64,000 nt of DNA from Saccostrea cucullata (taxonomy: Eukaryota). A model generated the notes under the pieces. That model was not told where the DNA came from, did no database searches, and worked only from the letters and a program-made list of their open reading frames with translations. The stretch is taken from assembly GCF_032062105.1 (NCBI RefSeq), contig NW_026931074.1, positions 281,587-345,586 of the forward strand, given 5' to 3'. Made by a program: the position numbers and the translations under genes. Position 1 is the stretch's first letter, and every line of letters begins with the position of its first letter. Shown in pieces: positions 58,186 through 64,000 of the stretch.

Positions 58186-58195
58186 ACAATACGAT
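56878..58195 (-). mobile_element. Family B element in reverse orientation with about 5 tandem 170 bp units, inside SPEF1-like intron 1
   Basis: Reverse complement of the 38625-39905 structure: hairpin agctcacctgagccgaaggctcaagtgagc at 56885-56915, (GACAGACG)n at 56930-56980, units 57150-58060, terminus ctcaggtgagcgatgtggcccatgggcc at 58150-58185. Confidence 0.65.
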
Positions 58196-58795
58196 AATCC
58201 TGCACCAGCATTAAGCTTATTAAATGGACACCCCTTTTCCAAGCTTGCAGTAATAGGCAGGTGGAGCATATGTACAAAGAGAATCTGGTTGAAAGATACT
58301 GTAAACCAACTTTTATTCGTGTGCAAGAAATTTTCGCAAAGTTCGTGAGAGCCTTGTCATCGCAAATACATGTATATCTCACCGCAAACCGATCGCCTTA
58401 AAGTGTATTTGTTTATTAACAACAGATACAACAGAGGCTTGATTGTGAAAATTAATCGTCATGAACTATTTTATACCTGGTAAATCGCAAAAAAAAAGTC
58501 ATCACGAAATAAAAGTGTGATTACAGTACCCTGGTCATGTAAAAAAAAAAAAAAAAAGGAGAAAACTCTAAAACTAAAGACTAGGTGAATTCAAATTAAA
58601 AGTGCTGGTGCCATTTTTGTTTCGTTTTGTAGATTCCTTGTCTCATACATATAGTTAGCACTTTAGACCTGAATTTGTAGATTTGCCCAAAGTAATTATT
58701 TGATATTTTTAAGGGGAGGGGATGAGCTGTAGATATCTAATTTCTGCCCTCTCTAAATTATTTGTACTCAATATATGTAATTACATGTATGTATA

Positions 58796-59003
58796 CTGTA
58801 AATCACTTTTTATTCGCGAGAACTTTATTTTCGTGTAATTACGCGAGACAGCGTGCTCGCGAAAATTTATTTCTCGCGTTTAATGGCATTCCTTAAGATT
58901 ATATAGAGCAATAACCACAATTCGTGAAAATTTTGTCTCGCTAATCAAGAGTCAATGACTATCTCGTGAAAATAATTTGTCGCGAAAATTTAGTGATGTA
59001 CAG
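58796..59003. mobile_element. Third copy of the same MITE, in SPEF1-like intron 1
   Basis: CTGTAAATCACTTTTTATTCGCGAGAAC...AGTGATGTACAG with flanking TA. Confidence 0.6.
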
Positions 59004-59380
59004 TAGGTAAAACTTTATGAACTGTGTTGTGTATATTTTACATTGTAAAACTATTATCTGATGATAAAACCTTGCCTGTGTTATGTTAAGAGCATTCAGT
59101 ACATGCTTGAGAACAACATGTACATTATTTATAGCCTGAAAGTTCAATACTAATGACATACGAGGAAAATAATGGGTAAAACTTTAAAAAAGACTTAAAT
59201 TCACATATTTATGTACATACATTATCTACTGAGAATCCATTGCGCAGTTATGATAAGGCTGTCCGAAGGCTTAAAATGCCTTGAAAATATACATTTTTTT
59301 CCGAGCTAGATTTTAATTTTAATATGTAATCTTTGTTTGAAATTGCAGACAACTTGAGATGATAGTTTAACCCTGTTTTA

Positions 59381-59587
59381 CTGTAGAAGTACTTTTTTCC
59401 ACGTGGTATTAATTTATGCTATGTACGCGGTCACAAATTTTACGCGGAAAATTGTCCAAGCGTACTTAATATAAATGTAAGGCATATAGTGACAATCTAG
59501 AAAATCCGCGTAATTTTCTACCCGCAGACTAAACAGATATTGAGATTCCGCGGAATTAAGACCCCGTGGAAAAAAGTACGTCTACAG
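59381..59587. mobile_element. Different about 207 bp MITE with TIRs CTGTAGAAGTACTTTTTTCCACG / CGTGGAAAAAAGTACGTCTACAG and TA TSD
   Basis: Perfect 23 bp terminal inverted repeats seen directly, TA on both flanks. Confidence 0.6.
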
Positions 59588-60822
59588 TATTTTAAAGCAT
59601 TTCCGTGACGTCACATGACTGTGTTGATCACGTGACGGACATTTATGATATTCCTAATTGTTGGACAAAAATCGCTTCGGCACAAGTGCAAAACAAAAAT
59701 ATTGTGCAAAGTTTGTTACATAGATCAATTCATCGTGATCTCTAGTACATAGAAAGTGCTGGGGGCAGGTTTAATTTTTACTTGTTAAGAAAATATTTTA
59801 CAAGAAATTCAACTTAATAACATGAAAAGGGGTATTTTCCACTTTGTATCACAATTTATACAAAAATGAATAAACTACACATAATTCCCCAGCAATATTC
59901 AGTTAGAGGACATACTTCTCTTGTAGATTCACACAAAATATCTTCAATTTCTCCTTGTTTATCACTTGTGCCAGTCCAATATAAACACGATTTATAAATT
60001 CTGACTCTGTCTTTGGACGTGTAAGGGGAGCGTTTCACACATAATTTTTTACTATTATTTGAACATGTGCATATCGGAGAGGCAAAAGGAATAAGGATAT
60101 TTAAATTTCAAATGTATAACATCATAATAGCATACCCAAGCTTAAATACAATTCTAACTCTTGAATTAAACAACAAGTCCCCAAAATAAATCTACATGCC
60201 GTGTAAAAATAATGACATTTTCCCCGTCATGCAAGCTCAAGTATACAGTGACATAACGTCATATTCTATTATGACATCATATCTAGGTAGTTCAGAGAAG
60301 TAACTACGGTTTGAACAGTTTGATATTTTATGGGCAGCCTTATCCTAGCCTCGTGTTTAACTTAAATGAAATTTGTGTTGTTATTGATTTGAACATTATC
60401 CACAAAGTAGTAGCAAAAAACTAAAGGCAGAATCAATATTTATATTGTTAATTTGAGATCAATTTTAGTTATTCACCTATAAGTATTATTGGACCCCTGA
60501 AAATCATTACCTTTTAAGTCATTGAATTTTAATAAAAGCTGATGTGTTTCCTGACACAAATATCAGTGAAGCAAGAAATAAACTTTTGCTAATCATACCA
60601 CCACTGTTTTTGTAAAAAAATATACAGTATTGGACAATTTATATATACAATCCATAAACAGTACATGATAAAGTAAATAAGTAACCTAATTTTTCAAACC
60701 TTTTGTCTTTAATTTTGTTAATTTTCAAGTGACACAAGGCCGATTTAATGGACGATAGATTTTATGTGCTCAAAATACAGTTGCAAATAATTTATTACTA
60801 ATACATTTTGTTTTATTTTCAG

Positions 60823-60934
60823 TGCTTATAGCAGAAATTATAAACCACTACTTCCCTAAGCTAGTGGAACTCCATAACTACTCACCCGCTGCTGCCACAA
60901 AACAGAAGATGGAGAACTGGTATCTACTGAACAG
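60823..60934 (+). CDS. SPEF1: SPEF1-like coding exon 2 (VLIAEIINHYFPKLVELHNYSPAAATKQKMENWYLLN)
   Basis: Acceptor ttttattttcag|TG (phase 1), donor GAACAG|GTAACT; matches SPEF1 VLVAEVIKFYFPKMVEMHNYVPANSLQQKLSNWGHLNR. Confidence 0.8.
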
Positions 60935-61189
60935 GTAACTATCTACCTTAACAGGTGTCTAGCTACCTTAACAGGTAACTATCTACTTTAACAGGTGTCT
61001 ATCTACCTTAACAGGTAACTATTTACCTTAACAGGTAACTATCTACTGAACAGTTAACTATCTACTGAATGGGTAACTGTTTACTGAACATTTTGTGTGT
61101 CTGTGTGTCTGTCTGTCTGTCCGTAACAAATTTTCATCAGTTTAATTAGCAATTACTCTTCGCAGATGCTTGAAATTTTAGCACAGTCT

Positions 61190-61930
61190 TTGCTAAGGCA
61201 TGCCATAAGGTGGGATTCATATAAAATACATGGTTACTGTATTGAAATATAAGCGATATTTGGGCGAGGGTAAGAAAACGGGATGGAGGGCGAGGCTTGC
61301 TGAGCCTTCTTTCGTTTGTGACCCGAGCCCAAATATCGCTTATATTTCAAGACAATTATCATGTATTTTGTTTATCCTGCAACAAAATTTTACATTTGAA
61401 CGTCCAAAATAAGATATTTCCAACAGATTTAGGCACTTCTCTGCAGTTGAAACTATGGCGCCATGGAGTAAACATTGCAGTATATGTGACGTCACAATGC
61501 TTTTAGAATGTTGGAATACATGCACGAGGCTTCATTAGGGCAGTGACCGAATAAAGCTTTGGTTTATTAGGTTACCTTTTTTAGGTCAATGCAAGGGGTA
61601 GTTGCAGGATAAATTTTCATAAGCATGCCATAAGGTGGGATTCATATAAAATACATGGTTACTGTCTTGAAATATAGGCGATATTTGGGCGAGGGTAAGA
61701 AAGGGTGATAGAGGGCGAGGCTTGCTGAGCACAGATTTAGGCACATCTCTGCAGTTGAAACTATGATGCCATGGCTTAAACAATGTAATATACATGACCT
61801 CACAATGCTTTTAGAATGTTGGAATACATGCACGAGGCTTTATTAGGGCAGTGACCGAATAAAGCTTTGGTTTATTAGGTTACCTTTATTAGGTCAATGC
61901 AAGGGGTAGTTGCAGGATAAATTTTCATAC
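61190..61930. repeat. Tandem duplication (2 x about 410 bp) in SPEF1-like intron 2
   Basis: 61190-61600 and 61610-61930 share gcatgccataaggtgggattcatataaaatacatggttactgt...gcgatatttgggcgagggtaagaaa...gggcgaggcttgctgagc...ggaatacatgcacgaggctt...attagggcagtgaccgaataaagctttggtttattaggttaccttt. Confidence 0.7.
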
Positions 61931-62632
61931 TTATCCAATGACAACTTTCTATTATCTGTGCATCTGTCCCTTCCAATATGAACATTTATTTCAAAGTTAC
62001 ATAGTAATAAATACAGGATTTTCGCATATGCGATATGCCTGATTTCACAATAGCCGTATCAGCCCTGCAGGGCTGATATGGATTTGGTTGGCTGATACGG
62101 GTCAATATCACACCCCTAGTTAATTAAACCTAAAAAGAACAGTAATTGTGATCATACACATATTTTTGGGGGTACATATTCTCTTAATTTTAACATTTTG
62201 AATGTAAGGATAATCTCATTGACAAATAAAAGATAATTTTCAAATTACGGATCAGGCACATTTGAAATAGAATTAGAAAGAAACCCAAACTGTTTGAGAC
62301 AATAAACTATGTACATGTAAAAGGTTTTTGCATTATTATATACTGTACTTATTTTCTTCTCAACTTAATTGTGTACTGTATTTCATTACTAAGTATGTAA
62401 TAAACATAATAAAACATACCCTTTTCCACATCACATCCTGTATTAGCCCTCGACCAATATCAGCCCTTGGGCCTTTTGCCCTCTTACTGATAATGGTGTC
62501 TCGGACTGATCATACAGGATATGATATGGAAAAGGGCATGAACTATTATTCTCTATATATTCACATTACATCAGAGAGGGGGTATTACTAAAGAGCATTT
62601 ATTCATTGATTTTGTGTTCTTTATATTTAAAG

Positions 62633-62766
62633 GCGAGTGTTACGGAAGCTTGACCTTGACCTATCAGATGAGGTCATTCGAGCTCTGGCAAACTGCAAGC
62701 CTAAAGTGGTAGAGAAAGTGCTGATGCTCCTACGACTTCAGATAGACAAGAATCTGCAGAGACAAG
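62633..62766 (+). CDS. SPEF1: SPEF1-like coding exon 3 (RRVLRKLDLDLSDEVIRALANCKPKVVEKVLMLLRLQIDKNLQRQ); gene continues past the window end
   Basis: Acceptor atttaaag|G (phase 2), donor GACAAG|GTAGGA; KVVEKVLMLLR matches the SPEF1 GVVELVL..LR region. Confidence 0.75.
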
Positions 62767-64000
62767 GTAGGAGCCGCATGGAAATTGATGCCAACTTCGC
62801 CCAGAGTATGGATCAAAAAGAACAAAAAAAATCCCAATCTGCCCCTGCTGCCGAAAATAGTCGTAAGTCTTGTGTATCCATGTGTGGTCCCTGCCCCAGC
62901 ACTTTACAACAGGCATCAGGTCAAATCCTCTGGTTTGTACACATACTGAACAAATGTCATCCACTGCATTGAAACAAAATCAGTGATAAATTTGTTAAGG
63001 TGTAATGGTAACAGTAAGAACAGTATTTATAGAGGAAACAGCCATGTGATATTCCAAATTCTGTTCAAATTCAAAGATGAAAAAAGCAGTTGATAGCTTT
63101 CTTAGATATTATTTTTTTCAGCTTGTTTTTGTGTTAAGTCTTTTTATTTAATTTCATACACCTGAATTGACCCTGATGTCTGCTGGCACTATTTGTGTGG
63201 GCCCTCACATTTTCTGTTGTATTCCGGAGCTTTGGACTCTTCACAGCTTATCACTTCACTGCTAAAAATTAAATTCTTGATCCAATCTCCTGAACTTTTA
63301 AGGATCTGGTAAAATGGAACTGAGCAGTATTTCTGATGTATATTCAAATGCATATTACTAATTCTCCAACTTTTAACAATCACATTGAATTCTGAGGTTA
63401 GTGGGTATCTTTTCTTTTGTTCTTTTAGCTAGAAGATTTTTTATGGGCAATTTCTTAACCATTGTTTAACTGCATATCAAATATTTTCAAAGACATTAAT
63501 TAAGATGATATGAACTGAAAAATAATTAGTTGTCTTTCCAAAATATTTGCATCATAAGAAAATTGAGACTTTATGTATGTAACCTGTATAATATTAAGAG
63601 ATAAACTGGTTGCTCTAAGATTTCCAAACTGTTTTATCAAAAAAAAAAAAAAGAAGACCCTAAACGACTACTTTTTCTATCAATTAATCAAAGGTCTGTC
63701 CACTTATGCTTATAAACTGATGTTTTGTAGTTAGATGAGTTAGTTGAGGGGGGGGGGGCATTATGATATCGTAAACATTACAAAAAAATCCCTTATTTTT
63801 CAAGCTCTCTGTCACTTTGACTTTATATCTCACAATTTTGTGTGTTGTAAAAATGTTTATACTTTACATATATCATTAAACGTAAATGGTACAAACTTTA
63901 AAAAATTTCTTGTCCTTAGAATGATTGGCTTATTAAATTCAAAGGGAAAAAATTCCTCACATAGATGAAATTTCAATGAAATTTTCCTTCAACTAGAAAT

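Noticed and set aside
1-64000. A prokaryotic defence system or other novel operon, which the task framing suggested might be here
   Set aside because: There are no dense co-directional ORFs. Coding sequence is split into short GT-AG-bounded exons homologous to metazoan proteins, introns are full of eukaryotic transposons and satellites, and no RBS or operon structure is visible. I found no evidence for such a system.

Overview
This window is eukaryotic nuclear DNA with spliced, repeat-filled genes, not a prokaryotic locus. It has GT-AG introns, AT-rich introns and intergenic DNA, (GACAGACG)n and (GTCT)n microsatellites, and 164-166 bp satellite arrays, all of which look like a bivalve mollusc (oyster-like) genome. 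I found no operon, CRISPR array or defence system. Three protein-coding genes are supported. (1) Positions 1-921 on the + strand hold the 3'-terminal coding exon of a TRIM-NHL-like gene, a six-bladed NHL-repeat propeller, whose ORF runs in from the window edge. (2) A roughly 39 kb gene with about 55 coding exons lies on the - strand from 13421 to 52163. Its conceptual translation follows the order of human TEP1 (telomerase and vault-associated protein 1): an S-rich N-terminal region, then TROVE/vWA, the DUF4062-type domain, a NACHT P-loop and a long WD40 array, ending in a C-terminus like the human ...GNVYFLNWE*. Splice phases are consistent across nearly all of the exon chain. (3) A SPEF1-like gene (CH-like/DUF1042 domain) starts on the + strand at 53950, head-to-head with TEP1; three coding exons are visible and it continues past the window end. 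Most of the remaining sequence is interspersed and tandem repeats. These include two inverted copies of a Helitron/Helentron-like nonautonomous element carrying 164 bp satellite arrays (Cg170-like) around the TEP1 3' end. A second hairpin-ended, satellite-carrying element family has a variable number of about 170 bp units, in at least five copies. There is a family of about 205 bp MITEs with TA target-site duplications, and a degenerate Penelope-like retroelement fragment. A composite repeat with a tRNA-like segment occurs in three places, and about 320 bp tandem repeats carry CACGTG/CCAAT palindromes. The observations most worth a second look are four minisatellites made of duplicated exon-intron junction sequence, an apparent +1 frameshift in a C-run inside a conserved TEP1 WD40 exon, and the 7 kb inverted satellite pair. 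All coordinates were read by eye and are approximate to a few bp.
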